From a virus, in the IMG/VR virus record IMGVR_UViG_3300048838_001273, positions 1 through 64,000 of that record: a stretch of DNA of 64,000 nt. One strand, written 5' to 3'. Positions within the stretch are counted from its first letter, which is position 1. Each line of letters opens with the position of its first letter. The translations under genes and the position numbers were made by a program. Below, one piece after another: positions 20,069-30,615 of the stretch. The notes under the pieces were generated by a model that worked only from the letters and a program-made list of their open reading frames with translations, did not search any database and was not told the DNA's origin.

Positions 20069-23000
20069 TTAATATTCATCACTGTCATCAAAATCAGCAT
20101 TTAAATATTCACTGGCTTCGCTTTCAATTTCACCTTCTTGTTCATTGACGTAATCTTCAAACGCTTCATCGGAATGTGGAATTTCGGTAAACATTTGTTC
20201 CATAGTTAAACCCGCAGGAATGCCATATTGTTTTTTAAATCCAGAAAAATGTTTCTCTCTTTTTTTAGTTTGTGCATCTAAATACAAGTCAGTCTCGGTC
20301 TTTGTAGTTAGTTCAGACATTTCTAATTGCTTGAGTTTATTTTCTTCTTCTTCACGCTTTCTGTCAAGTTCCAATTCAACCTCACTCTTGGGGATTTCTA
20401 TATTGGCTCTGACAATCTGCATGTACACCCCATTATATGCACCAACATGATATTCGCTACCGTCTTTAATTAAAACTAAATCACCCTCACCATATTCATC
20501 ATTTATTGATTTGATTCTCGGCTTATTGCTTGCAACCATTTTATCGTTAAGGAATTTCAATGCACTATCGTAAATTTCATAGTATATTTTATTATCCTCA
20601 GTCATTTTAAACCCATTCCATATAAGTCTTGGGTCATATCCGGTTTTATTCCAGAAATCTACCTCAAGTTTTTCCAGATGCATTGCTTCATCATAATTAT
20701 CCAAATCAAAATTCTTCAACACCAATTCATCATTTAATGGATTAAAATCACTTTTAATTAAATGACCATCTTTACCGATTTTAACTAAAATCTTGGATTG
20801 TACTTCGGGTGCAAATCCAACCAGTAGTGATTCTACACGCTTATTGAATCCATCAAGATATTTCTCGTAATTATATTCACCAGTCATATTTGGATTTTCC
20901 TGTAAATCTTCATTTGTAATTAAAGATGCACAGAATCTTTCAACACCAGTTTCCTTATCAGTAATTTTACGTGAATCGCCATGAGATTTCTTATAACCAG
21001 TATTGACATAATATACTACACTATCCAATTCAGGTTCTTGTGGCATGTAATTAGCAACAAGTTTCGTTATTTCTTCAATACTTGGATTCTCTTTTAGTTT
21101 TTCGAGATTAAGACTATCTTTATGTTTTTCAAATAATTCCCTTGCAATATTTTCACGTTTTTCAATAAGAAGTTCCATGTGTGCTTGCATACCCTTGTCT
21201 CTGCCGTTCTTATCCTTACCTCTTTTCTTGTATGCGCTTATTGTGGTTTTTATCTTACTTTTACTCGCAATCTTTTTCAAAGGAATTCTCATGTATCTGA
21301 TGTCATCACAATAATCATGGTAATAACTAACAAATTCTTTTCCTTTACCATGTAGAATTAAATCCAGACCCTTATCAATGAATTCCTCAATGTATTCAGG
21401 CATTACTTTGGATTTGATTGTGTTTCCAGTAAGTTTAATTTTTTCTTTTTCCTTACCAGTTTTCTTATCCTTCGACATTGAAAGAGTTGCGTAATTTATT
21501 CTCGAAAGATTTAAACAAGAAATAGAAACACCATCATTATCAACTGCCATGAATGGCTTCGACATTTCTTCATCATTAAACTTCTCAATGAGTGCTTCAA
21601 TTCCGGTTTTACCACCGTATTGCCACATTTCTTCAATTGTACCTTCTACCTCACCATGTACCACGCCTTCATTAGTTACTCTGATTGTTGTTTTTTCGGG
21701 ATAATGGAAGTTAACACCATCAGTAACAGCCAACAATGCCACACAACCGAAATCAGTAAACCAACTGATTGCATGTCTTAATTCAACCCTACCACTACAA
21801 GTAATCCTTGCAGCACAAACATTATCAGACCAGTTAAATGAAACACCTGAACCCAAAGCACCAAACAATGAGTTGTTCAGAATCTTAATAGGTAACTGTT
21901 TGATTTTCGCCATCGCACCTTCTTTCCCGGATATCTCACCATTAATATATTTTTGGTGTATTTCATGGTCGATTTCCTTTAGAAGTGTAACTTCCTCATT
22001 ATTAAGTTTACTACCATTTGCCAACTTTTTGTAAATGTTACGTGTTGTTGTCAAATATAAAAGCATTTTTTTCAAAACACCTGTGATATCAAACATCGGG
22101 AAGATATCATGTGTTAATTGAAGCATCGGGTAAAGAGATGCAAAGTCGATTTTTATAATTCTTTCAGTATAGCCTGATTTAAAACACCTTGCCAATCCAC
22201 CGGAAAATCTTTCGGGTTTATCGCAATGAGGAATAGCCAAATCATTTTCATAACTCCAAGCAGTCATCAATAAGTTCCAAATACCAGCACTACCCATCGT
22301 ACAAATACGCTGATATGTGGTTGGAACTATTTTTGCCAACATGAATGATGACTGATTATAAAGTTCATCGACTTGTTCGGTTTCCCAAAGGTCATCAAGC
22401 AAGTATTGCTTTACAAGTTTTTTACCGCTAATAAATGTTGTAAGTTTTTTCGGTACTGCGACCTCTCTAAACCAACCAACAAATGATTTATTTTCATCCA
22501 AATGCCTTTTCTTATATGAACTATATTCCCCATCAGTTAAATTCGATTTACTGGTTTGCAGAATATATAGTTTTTTGGCAACATCCTGATATTCATCAGG
22601 TATTTGAACATAATTGTTTGTTTCATCAATAAGGAAAATCTTATTTTCGGTGTAAAATCTACCAATTGAATTGTCTTCACCGTCAATATACGTTCTATTG
22701 TCTCTTGCAACCTTTTCAAACTTCGCAATATATTTTAATCCTGTTTCTTTTAAATCAGAGTTTACTGCTGCAGTTCTTTTTGTGGCATGTAATATATCAA
22801 TTACTGAATATCCCCACATTTCGGTTGCGGTATACTTATCAGCAGTGTTACCATATTTAACACTAACATTACCCCTTCTTTTAAGAGGCATTTCCTCTTT
22901 TAATGAGGTGGGTACACCGGATAAATCCATTTTGAGTTCCTTGGCTCTACCCAAAATAAAGTCGAAGTCAAAACCTTCAGAATAATACCCCGAAATAACC

Positions 23001-23734
23001 GCAGGTCTGAGATAATCAATTAAATTAAAAAAGTCTTGAATTAATGCTATTTCTGATTCATCGTCATTAGGTTTTTCTACTTCAAGTATTGTTTCGAAAC
23101 CCCTGTTATCCCGAACACCGATTGCAAATACTCTTGCGACCTGAAATCTTAAACCAGTGGTTTCAATGTCAAAAGTTACTTTATGAACATCCTTGTATTC
23201 TTCAAACCCCTTATATAGTCTGGTCTGATTTGAAATAAAGAATTGTTCGGTTGTTCTTGGTGCATAAAATAAATCACGATAAAGATAAATAGAATCACCC
23301 TTTTTATCCTTTACGTCCTTGCCGTATTCATCCTTCAGCTTTTCAAAAGGATTTAAACCACCTTCTCTGAAATAACCAACGATACTATTATATGATTTGC
23401 TACTTGTTACCTTAAAACAGTAGCCATCGACAAGTCTTTTTTGGTTTCCGGTTTTTAGCTTATGTATTTTAATCCCGAATAGGACTTTCATACTTTCTTT
23501 AAGTTCCTCACTTTTACCGGGATATAAGACACGGTTTAGTTTCTCCAAATCCTTTACATACATGAAAGGTTCGTATTCTATTTTTACAATCTTTTTGTCT
23601 TTGCCGGGTTCATGTATTACACATTCAGCATAATTTGTGTTAGGGTCAGTTTCAACATTTACCAAATACTTTATTTTATCATCGTAGCCTTCAAGAAAAC
23701 TCTTAATTTCGCCAAGTACTTTTAATTTATCCAT
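20069..23734 (-). CDS. Family B DNA polymerase
   Basis: ExoI 'FDIETTG', ExoII 'GFDFDFI', motif A 'DFASLYP', motif B 'KILNNSLFG', motif C 'VTDG'. Confidence 0.9.
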   Translation of the reverse strand: MDKLKVLGEIKSFLEGYDDKIKYLVNVETDPNTNYAECVIHEPGKDKKIVKIEYEPFMYVKDLEKLNRVLYPGKSEELKESMKVLFGIKIHKLKTGNQKRLVDGYCFKVTSSKSYNSIVGYFREGGLNPFEKLKDEYGKDVKDKKGDSIYLYRDLFYAPRTTEQFFISNQTRLYKGFEEYKDVHKVTFDIETTGLRFQVARVFAIGVRDNRGFETILEVEKPNDDESEIALIQDFFNLIDYLRPAVISGYYSEGFDFDFILGRAKELKMDLSGVPTSLKEEMPLKRRGNVSVKYGNTADKYTATEMWGYSVIDILHATKRTAAVNSDLKETGLKYIAKFEKVARDNRTYIDGEDNSIGRFYTENKIFLIDETNNYVQIPDEYQDVAKKLYILQTSKSNLTDGEYSSYKKRHLDENKSFVGWFREVAVPKKLTTFISGKKLVKQYLLDDLWETEQVDELYNQSSFMLAKIVPTTYQRICTMGSAGIWNLLMTAWSYENDLAIPHCDKPERFSGGLARCFKSGYTERIIKIDFASLYPMLQLTHDIFPMFDITGVLKKMLLYLTTTRNIYKKLANGSKLNNEEVTLLKEIDHEIHQKYINGEISGKEGAMAKIKQLPIKILNNSLFGALGSGVSFNWSDNVCAARITCSGRVELRHAISWFTDFGCVALLAVTDGVNFHYPEKTTIRVTNEGVVHGEVEGTIEEMWQYGGKTGIEALIEKFNDEEMSKPFMAVDNDGVSISCLNLSRINYATLSMSKDKKTGKEKEKIKLTGNTIKSKVMPEYIEEFIDKGLDLILHGKGKEFVSYYHDYCDDIRYMRIPLKKIASKSKIKTTISAYKKRGKDKNGRDKGMQAHMELLIEKRENIARELFEKHKDSLNLEKLKENPSIEEITKLVANYMPQEPELDSVVYYVNTGYKKSHGDSRKITDKETGVERFCASLITNEDLQENPNMTGEYNYEKYLDGFNKRVESLLVGFAPEVQSKILVKIGKDGHLIKSDFNPLNDELVLKNFDLDNYDEAMHLEKLEVDFWNKTGYDPRLIWNGFKMTEDNKIYYEIYDSALKFLNDKMVASNKPRIKSINDEYGEGDLVLIKDGSEYHVGAYNGVYMQIVRANIEIPKSEVELELDRKREEEENKLKQLEMSELTTKTETDLYLDAQTKKREKHFSGFKKQYGIPAGLTMEQMFTEIPHSDEAFEDYVNEQEGEIESEASEYLNADFDDSDEY

Positions 23735-23755
23735 TTCCTGTTTTTTATTATAATA

Positions 23756-24577
23756 TTATTTTTCTATTTCCCCTTCATCAGAACTAAAGTTGAACGATAA
23801 CTGATACGGTTCAAATTTTTTTTCTGCAACTCTCCATTTTTCAGCAAAATTTTCACCATTTTTATCAAGAATAGCATATCCGTTTCTCGTTAAATATCTC
23901 GAATGTAATAGTAAGAGGTTTTCATTATATTGTTTAGGGAACTCACCAATCTCATAATAATTACTTGCAAGTATTGTTCTACATGGAGCACATTCGCAAC
24001 AAGCCTCATAATCAATAATTTCAACATCTTTCGACCCAACTATTTTGGCATTCTCACAACTAAAAATCAAATCCAGATATTTTTTTGGCAATTCCTCTGC
24101 CATTTGCCATTTTTTCATTTTAATTATTGGAAACACCAAAGGTTTCACATTATCTAAAATAGGTGTATAGGACTTATATATGTTTTGAATGTCATCGAGA
24201 TATGAAATTGCATCATCATTCATAACATACCCAATTTGAATTTCATCGACATCCAGACTCTGTAGAAACACAACACTTAAAATCCAAATCGGTATTTGTT
24301 TAAAATGTAGACTATTCTCATTTGCTTTAACACCAACATTTAAAGAATATTGAATGTCCTTGAGATGTGAATCATATGAACACCTATCTACATCGAATTC
24401 TTCTTTAAATAATTCATGTAATTTTAAAATTCGATTTTTTTCAAGTATTGTTTTTATCTCATTATTTGTAATCTCAACATATATTGGTGTCACAATATTT
24501 CCTTCTTTTAAATTTTTCCATATAAGATATGTGGAATCAAGTCCACCGGAGAACAAAACTGCAACTTTTTTTGACAT
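23756..24577 (-). CDS. queC: QueC-like PP-loop ATPase (7-cyano-7-deazaguanine synthase family)
   Basis: 'VLFSGGLDST' PP-loop and C-terminal Zn-binding Cys cluster 'FSC...CCECAPC'. Confidence 0.65.
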   Translation of the reverse strand: MSKKVAVLFSGGLDSTYLIWKNLKEGNIVTPIYVEITNNEIKTILEKNRILKLHELFKEEFDVDRCSYDSHLKDIQYSLNVGVKANENSLHFKQIPIWILSVVFLQSLDVDEIQIGYVMNDDAISYLDDIQNIYKSYTPILDNVKPLVFPIIKMKKWQMAEELPKKYLDLIFSCENAKIVGSKDVEIIDYEACCECAPCRTILASNYYEIGEFPKQYNENLLLLHSRYLTRNGYAILDKNGENFAEKWRVAEKKFEPYQLSFNFSSDEGEIEK

Positions 24578-24586
24578 AAAGCAAGA

Positions 24587-27406
24587 CTATTTTCTATGTT
24601 TTTCCTTAATTTTATTTATTACATCACTAAGTACTGATTCACTGACGTTTGAAGTATAATCTTCGTTATCAATAACCTTTACGATTTCTTTTCTTTTACT
24701 CTCAATCGAAGAAAACACATAATCATCAATGGTATCAGGGAAAATCAACACGTAAATATTAACAGCAGATTTTTGTCCAATTCTATGTAAACGGTCACTA
24801 ACTTGGTCATATTCGCCCACACTATATGGTAGTGTCATTATAAATAACTTACTTGCTGCTGTCAGGGTAAGACCATAATTACAGGTTTGAATTGAACCCA
24901 AAAATCCTTTAATTGTGCTATTAATGTCCTGAAATATTTTAACAATTTCTGCACGTTCTTCAACGCTTTGGTCGCCAGTGTGTAAGGCAGCAACATCTCC
25001 AAGTCGTTCCTTTAATTCATATAGGCTTTCCTTGAAGAAATCTACAACCACCACCTTTTCTCCGGTTTCAAATATGTTTTCAATTAATTCAATAACATGC
25101 TTTATCTTCAATTGTGCCAAGTATTGTCTTAAACGAATCATGGTAGTCAATGGATTACCAGTGGGATGAATTACAAATTCATTTGCAACACCTGCTTCAA
25201 TTTCATTATAAATTTTAGCTTCCTCATCAGTCATTTCCAATATAATACGCTGATATGTTTTATCTGGAAGGTCGGTAAGTACTTCGAATTTTCTTTTTCT
25301 ATGTGTATATGGCGCAATTTTATGATAAAGTTCTTCAAGTTTTTGTTCCATACTATCGGTAATATAACCCCAACCACCATACACATCATATGTCATTCCG
25401 CAATAATATTCGTAAAAATATTTCTTTGTTGCGAAGTCAACGGGCGATATTTGATTTAAAACCGTGTATAATTCGTATGCTCTATTCGGTGCAGGAGTAC
25501 CGGATAAGAAAATCTTACTTTCTTTATTGTTCTTAAAAATATCTTTTTTAAAAGTAGATTTGAAGTTTTTAAATGTATTTGCCTTGGTGTTCTTTAATTT
25601 CTGACTTTCATCACAAATAACAGCATCAATCTCACCGATTTTTAACTTTTTCCATTTAGTTAGGAATTTTTCTTTACTTGAGGGATTAAAGAAGTCATAA
25701 TTAAGTATTACATACTTTGCATCTTCAATACCACAAGTATTTTTCTTCCAGTTTACAATATGTGCATTACTATTTGTAAACTTCTGTACCTCATTATAAA
25801 AGTTAAATTTAAGTGAGTTAGGTGTTACTACCACTACTTTCTCAAAACCATTCATTTCAACGTAAAGAATGCTTGAAAGTGTATTGTGTGTTAAAATACA
25901 ATTATTAGTACAATATAAATGGTCATCACTATCAATTAAAATACATTGTGCTTCCATTTTTCCAACATATTTAACATCAACAATTGCTCTGTTCGGTGGA
26001 TATTTTGTTGTAGCAACAAAGGTTTTAATTTTTCTTTCAAGTTTAAATGGAATAAATTGTGCTGGTAATTTTATATGTAATCTATAATATAATCTATTTT
26101 CACCTTTATATTTAACCCATTTTTCTGTTAATCTGCCAATACCACCTAACGATTGTACTATAAATTGCACATCATTAATTAATTGTTTTGATGCCAAGGT
26201 TAGTTCAACTATTGAATCTTTTCTTGAATGTCCGTCTGTATCTAAGATACCTTGTAGTATTTCAAGTCTTTGGTGTATTGATGAAAACTTATAATCATTT
26301 GGGATATATTTTGTATGTGAATTACTACCTTTCAATCCATATTTCTTCAATTCTTGATTTATGAGATTATTTTTACCATCGGCAGTTAAATAATAATCTT
26401 TTACTGACTTACCATTAATTACCATATTATGATTTTCAGGTAACCGCAATGACATTTCATTAATTAATTCTACATCCATAGAAGAAAAACCAATACCATT
26501 CAAAACAGTCAGAGACCCATCACCCAATAAACAACCTAAAATATATGGGTCGATTTTCAACTCTCTTTCTTCAAATTCTATTGGCTTAACAATTGGTATA
26601 TACCACTTATTATTACCATTCTCGAATTGTAAACCTTCATCCATAATTTCTCTGAGAGTTTTCGTCATAAATGGGTTTCCACGCCAATTACGAATATAAG
26701 TATTCACATTCCAAAGATGCTCATCACATGAACGTGCAGTAACACCATCATTAAATGTGATTTCATAAATATCTTTTAATCCCTGTGGATATACACCTAA
26801 AACCTTCTTAGGCTTACCATCGCTACCAATCACGAAATCATCAATTTTGATATCACCCATTCTAACCAAACCATTTGGTGTAACCAATTTAGAATCAAGT
26901 GGTTCGGCTTTACCCAATCCCATTTCATGGGAAATCAGCGTGTTACGGGTAACGTTCATGAACATTCCGGCAACAATTTGATGTGGATAGAGTTTTACAT
27001 CTTCTCTTAATAAAGCATGACATTTTTCAGAGTACTGAACATATGTTTCTTCGAGTTCTTTTTTATATTGTACCCAATGTTCTTTCTTTATGTTAAGGTC
27101 TGCAATAAATTTGCGTTTTTCTTCTTCCCTGACCTCAATTTTCCTGATTTGCTGAATAAAAACTTTACGACTGTCTTCATTGCCGAAATCAAAATGAATT
27201 TTATTTGAACCCTTGTATTTCTTGATTATTGCAAATAAGGAAGGTGTAGTAACTTCCCATGCCATAGCTGCAGGACTCCATTTACGGGTTTCATCCGGGA
27301 GTTCTTTAATGCGTGCAATTAACTGGTCATTGGGTGAAAAACGAACGTAATACGCTAATCTTCTTGGTATTCTTTCGCAATGCACTACAAAAATTGGTTC
27401 AAGCAT
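24587..27406 (-). CDS. SNF2/HARP-like helicase, intein-containing
   Basis: 'HEMGLGK|T' Walker A split by the intein, 'DESQ', 'LSGTP', 'QVSDRLHRIGQ'. Confidence 0.9.
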   Translation of the reverse strand: MLEPIFVVHCERIPRRLAYYVRFSPNDQLIARIKELPDETRKWSPAAMAWEVTTPSLFAIIKKYKGSNKIHFDFGNEDSRKVFIQQIRKIEVREEEKRKFIADLNIKKEHWVQYKKELEETYVQYSEKCHALLREDVKLYPHQIVAGMFMNVTRNTLISHEMGLGKAEPLDSKLVTPNGLVRMGDIKIDDFVIGSDGKPKKVLGVYPQGLKDIYEITFNDGVTARSCDEHLWNVNTYIRNWRGNPFMTKTLREIMDEGLQFENGNNKWYIPIVKPIEFEERELKIDPYILGCLLGDGSLTVLNGIGFSSMDVELINEMSLRLPENHNMVINGKSVKDYYLTADGKNNLINQELKKYGLKGSNSHTKYIPNDYKFSSIHQRLEILQGILDTDGHSRKDSIVELTLASKQLINDVQFIVQSLGGIGRLTEKWVKYKGENRLYYRLHIKLPAQFIPFKLERKIKTFVATTKYPPNRAIVDVKYVGKMEAQCILIDSDDHLYCTNNCILTHNTLSSILYVEMNGFEKVVVVTPNSLKFNFYNEVQKFTNSNAHIVNWKKNTCGIEDAKYVILNYDFFNPSSKEKFLTKWKKLKIGEIDAVICDESQKLKNTKANTFKNFKSTFKKDIFKNNKESKIFLSGTPAPNRAYELYTVLNQISPVDFATKKYFYEYYCGMTYDVYGGWGYITDSMEQKLEELYHKIAPYTHRKRKFEVLTDLPDKTYQRIILEMTDEEAKIYNEIEAGVANEFVIHPTGNPLTTMIRLRQYLAQLKIKHVIELIENIFETGEKVVVVDFFKESLYELKERLGDVAALHTGDQSVEERAEIVKIFQDINSTIKGFLGSIQTCNYGLTLTAASKLFIMTLPYSVGEYDQVSDRLHRIGQKSAVNIYVLIFPDTIDDYVFSSIESKRKEIVKVIDNEDYTSNVSESVLSDVINKIKEKHRK
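25883..26908 (-). mobile_element. 342-aa class 3 intein with LAGLIDADG homing endonuclease
   Basis: Begins Ala (AEPLDS), ends THN before Thr+1; W-C-T triad ('DEHLW', 'AQCI', 'THN'); 'LGCLLGDGS' and 'LQGILDTDG'. Confidence 0.9.
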
Positions 27407-27425
27407 AATAAATTACAATATCATG

Positions 27426-27456
27426 CAAAGATAGTTAAAAAAATATGATTGTCAAG
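27426..27456 (-). promoter_or_regulatory. Bacteroidetes-type housekeeping promoter
   Basis: CTTG-N19-TATCTTTG (-33/-7 consensus TTTG...TAnnTTTG) upstream of the helicase/QueC/PolB block. Confidence 0.7.
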
Positions 27457-27458
27457 GA

Positions 27459-27875
27459 TTATACTACAGTTGTTTTTGTTAAACTGTCAGAAATTATAAT
27501 ATCGATATAACCATTGGTGGGTAATGTAATTTTACCACATTTACCATCACCCAAGAAGTCTACCTTAAATTCACCCTGATATCTGCCGTTCTTTTTTGTG
27601 TCTTTTAATTTAAAACGATATACGAGAGTATATTCTATTTCATCCGGGAATTCCGGTCTATTTTTGTTAATAACAAGATTTGCTGGTGCATTGGCTATAC
27701 GATATAACCCATTATCTACATCAACCATTGAAAAAGTCACGGCACAATTTTCAAGCATGTCCTCAGAAATATCATACATCTCCCTTACCTTTTGAATAAG
27801 TGGATATTTCAATTCGGGAAGTGTGCTATCCTTCTTTATGAAAAATTTGTTTATATTAAATGTTGAGTAATTCAT
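27459..27875 (-). CDS. BppU-like / Ig-like structural protein
   Basis: 'FFIKKDSTLP.L...Y.F...DT...G.YQGEF.V' pattern of baseplate upper-protein N-terminal domains. Confidence 0.55.
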   Translation of the reverse strand: MNYSTFNINKFFIKKDSTLPELKYPLIQKVREMYDISEDMLENCAVTFSMVDVDNGLYRIANAPANLVINKNRPEFPDEIEYTLVYRFKLKDTKKNGRYQGEFKVDFLGDGKCGKITLPTNGYIDIIISDSLTKTTVV

Positions 27876-28261
27876 TATCCCAATTCTTCATTTGGCATGT
27901 GTGACATTAATTTTTCTCTATCAGCTTTGAGTGCATTAACTCTTTTCTTTGCAGTTGCACCAACACCATCCCCAATTAAACCCATCATAAGTGCTTCGAA
28001 ATTCGTAAGTGGATGTCCAACGAATTCAATGTAAAATCTAAAGAAAATATATGTAAATAAAACTGTTGTTAAATATCTTTTCCAGTTATCTCCGAGCCAG
28101 AATTTCCAACTCCATTTTTTTGGTGTATGTGTACTTTGAACATCACGCCCTGTGGTTTCAGTTAAACCATAAATAACATATCCTATGATTAAAAACCACG
28201 CATAACCAAATAGTTCAATCCAAGTATATTCACCAAAAATAATTTTAAAAATTTCATCCAT
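27875..28261 (-). CDS. Membrane protein, holin candidate
   Basis: 128 aa with 2-3 hydrophobic segments and a charged C-terminus. Confidence 0.45.
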   Translation of the reverse strand: MDEIFKIIFGEYTWIELFGYAWFLIIGYVIYGLTETTGRDVQSTHTPKKWSWKFWLGDNWKRYLTTVLFTYIFFRFYIEFVGHPLTNFEALMMGLIGDGVGATAKKRVNALKADREKLMSHMPNEELG

Positions 28262-28286
28262 TGTTTCCGCTTTAATATAAATACAA

Positions 28287-28550
28287 TTATTTTATCTTAT
28301 TGCCACCTTTAATTCTTCCTTTATTTGGAATAATTTTATTTCTATCATCCATATTTAATTCAAAATCATAATTTACATCTATTGATAACTTATAACCATT
28401 ACCACCTGATTTAATATAAACTTCTTTAATTATTGGTTGATAATCAATTTCTTCAATTGTTATTTTAGTGCCGTTATCAAGATACATTTCTTGACCTATA
28501 AGTGTTTCTCTTAACAGAAGTTCTATAAAATTTGTTCTAATCTTTGCCAT
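28287..28550 (-). CDS. Hypothetical protein
   Basis: 87-aa ORF. Confidence 0.6.
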   Translation of the reverse strand: MAKIRTNFIELLLRETLIGQEMYLDNGTKITIEEIDYQPIIKEVYIKSGGNGYKLSIDVNYDFELNMDDRNKIIPNKGRIKGGNKIK

Positions 28551-28555
28551 AAAAA

Positions 28556-29281
28556 TTATAATATAAAGTTTTCATACTTATCATAAACACCCCAAACAAA
28601 CACATTTTTCATTGCAAGAATAAATTCATCCCAAGTTCCTTGTAATAATACATAACTATTTTCCCTTAAACCTTGTCCGGCAAATGCATTTGTCGATTCA
28701 ATATAATCCATGATACCGTCTTTCTTATCACCATAATTAATACCTAATCTACCCATATCATGATATGCGAACACCAGAGGTTCAACAGTATTAAGTAGGT
28801 CTTCCGCATCATCAAAACTCAGGTATTGTGGTACAATGAATTTAACATAAAACCATCTCTGTCTACATGAAGCAGTAATGTTTCCATGATGTTTATGCCA
28901 TTCCAATAATATATAACCCTGTGCTTGTTGCAAAGACATACCTTTGGTTGTCATTAAAAAAATTACTGCACTTGTGGCATCTGGATATGCATAATATTTA
29001 ATACACAAATCTTTTTCTGTGTTTGTTAAACCAGTCCAACCAACTTCCATCGCAATTGTCTTAATTGCACATTTATATGCAAAATAATCGTTGGCGACTA
29101 AACTCCCATATTTATCCCAATTCGCAATTGAACTAATGTCAACATATCCTGTTGGCATCGTGTCACCACTATAAATCATTCTGAATGGTTCGTTGCCGTT
29201 TAGTTGTTCTGATGTCCAACTATCCAAATCAACCCCAATGATTTCATCACCTATTTTATATGCCAATAAATATCTTTTCAT
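28556..29281 (-). CDS. Hypothetical protein (tail region)
   Basis: 241-aa ORF immediately after tail-fibre-like genes. Confidence 0.65.
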   Translation of the reverse strand: MKRYLLAYKIGDEIIGVDLDSWTSEQLNGNEPFRMIYSGDTMPTGYVDISSIANWDKYGSLVANDYFAYKCAIKTIAMEVGWTGLTNTEKDLCIKYYAYPDATSAVIFLMTTKGMSLQQAQGYILLEWHKHHGNITASCRQRWFYVKFIVPQYLSFDDAEDLLNTVEPLVFAYHDMGRLGINYGDKKDGIMDYIESTNAFAGQGLRENSYVLLQGTWDEFILAMKNVFVWGVYDKYENFIL

Positions 29282-29282
29282 G

Positions 29283-30608
29283 TTATATTAATGAACTTGT
29301 TTTTAATAATGTTAAATATCTATTTGTTGATGTTGCAGTACCAGTAGAAGTTCTCCATCTGATTTCAACGGTTGCTGTTGTTCCTAATGTTATTGGATAA
29401 CCAGCAATAACGTGAGTGGCTGCAACATTACCTTGTGTTGCACCTCTTCTAAACATCATTTCACTATTGGTTTGAGCAACACCACCAATATAAATTGTTG
29501 TATAAATTTGAGCATTTGAACTACCATGCTGCACCCAATTACCATAATTAAGTAAATAAGTACCTGCTGGTACATTTGTTATTTGCATGCCGGTTTGTAA
29601 TGTATCTGTTGTGCTTGTTGTTGTTGCTGCACCAGCACTTGTAGCATTTAAAACTACCATTGGGTGTGTATCAACAAATTGTTTATCAACAAGTGTTCTG
29701 TCATCATAACTACCACTTAAATCTGTTGAATATTTCGCCAGTCCTGCCATATTGGTTGCGCCAGCAATACCCACACCACCAGCAACAGTTAAAGCACCTG
29801 TTGTCGGTGATACAGATGCTGTTGTCATTGGTACGATTGCTGTGGTGTCCGTTATTCTTAATTTTTCAACAGTATCAACAGTTCTTCTTCTGATTGAAAA
29901 TGCATCATTTGGTGTTGTATCTCCATCCAAATACATGTCCCACCAAGCATTACCTGCGGTAGTTGGTGTATTACCTGTGCCCCAAACGAATTCAACAGCA
30001 GGGTCTCCACCAACACCACCAACTCTCCAAACACGAATGACGGCATTTGTATCAATTAGCGATAATGTGCGAGGTACGTTCCCCGGTGTGTTTCCCCTTA
30101 ATCTATCTACATTAACTGAATCACCAAAAGCAACTTTACCAAGACCCAACAATCCCAAATTATCGTTCGAAACTAAACCAGTTAATCCGCTTGTATTGAA
30201 GTAAAGAATATTATCAACAGTATTAACAATAAAAACTGGATTAATGCCGTCAACTACATTAAAATTACCTGTCATAGTATCACCACTCCGATTAACCTTA
30301 GTGTTTTCTAAATTAATTATTGCTGTTGTTGTGTTTCCACTGAAATCAGTAAAAATATCATAAGTAACACTATCTTCAGATGTTGGTGGTGGCGAAATTT
30401 CCTTAACATATTCATTAACTGTTTGTTCTGTATTAAAAACAATAGTTCCACCACTCTCTCTATATAAATAAAGAGGTTGAATATCTGGAATAAAGAAATC
30501 GATTAAAATCTCACCAGTATCTGGTGGCAAAGGAGCAAAACTATTATTGCTCCTTGCTACCAAAGTATTATTATATTCAGTATTATATAGAAAATATTCT
30601 AACGCCAT
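29283..30608 (-). CDS. Tail fibre-like protein
   Basis: 'KVNRSGDTMTG', 'TGALTVAGGVGI' fibre motifs; N-terminus paralogous to 30616..33777. Confidence 0.7.
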   Translation of the reverse strand: MALEYFLYNTEYNNTLVARSNNSFAPLPPDTGEILIDFFIPDIQPLYLYRESGGTIVFNTEQTVNEYVKEISPPPTSEDSVTYDIFTDFSGNTTTAIINLENTKVNRSGDTMTGNFNVVDGINPVFIVNTVDNILYFNTSGLTGLVSNDNLGLLGLGKVAFGDSVNVDRLRGNTPGNVPRTLSLIDTNAVIRVWRVGGVGGDPAVEFVWGTGNTPTTAGNAWWDMYLDGDTTPNDAFSIRRRTVDTVEKLRITDTTAIVPMTTASVSPTTGALTVAGGVGIAGATNMAGLAKYSTDLSGSYDDRTLVDKQFVDTHPMVVLNATSAGAATTTSTTDTLQTGMQITNVPAGTYLLNYGNWVQHGSSNAQIYTTIYIGGVAQTNSEMMFRRGATQGNVAATHVIAGYPITLGTTATVEIRWRTSTGTATSTNRYLTLLKTSSLI

Positions 30609-30615
30609 TCATTAA

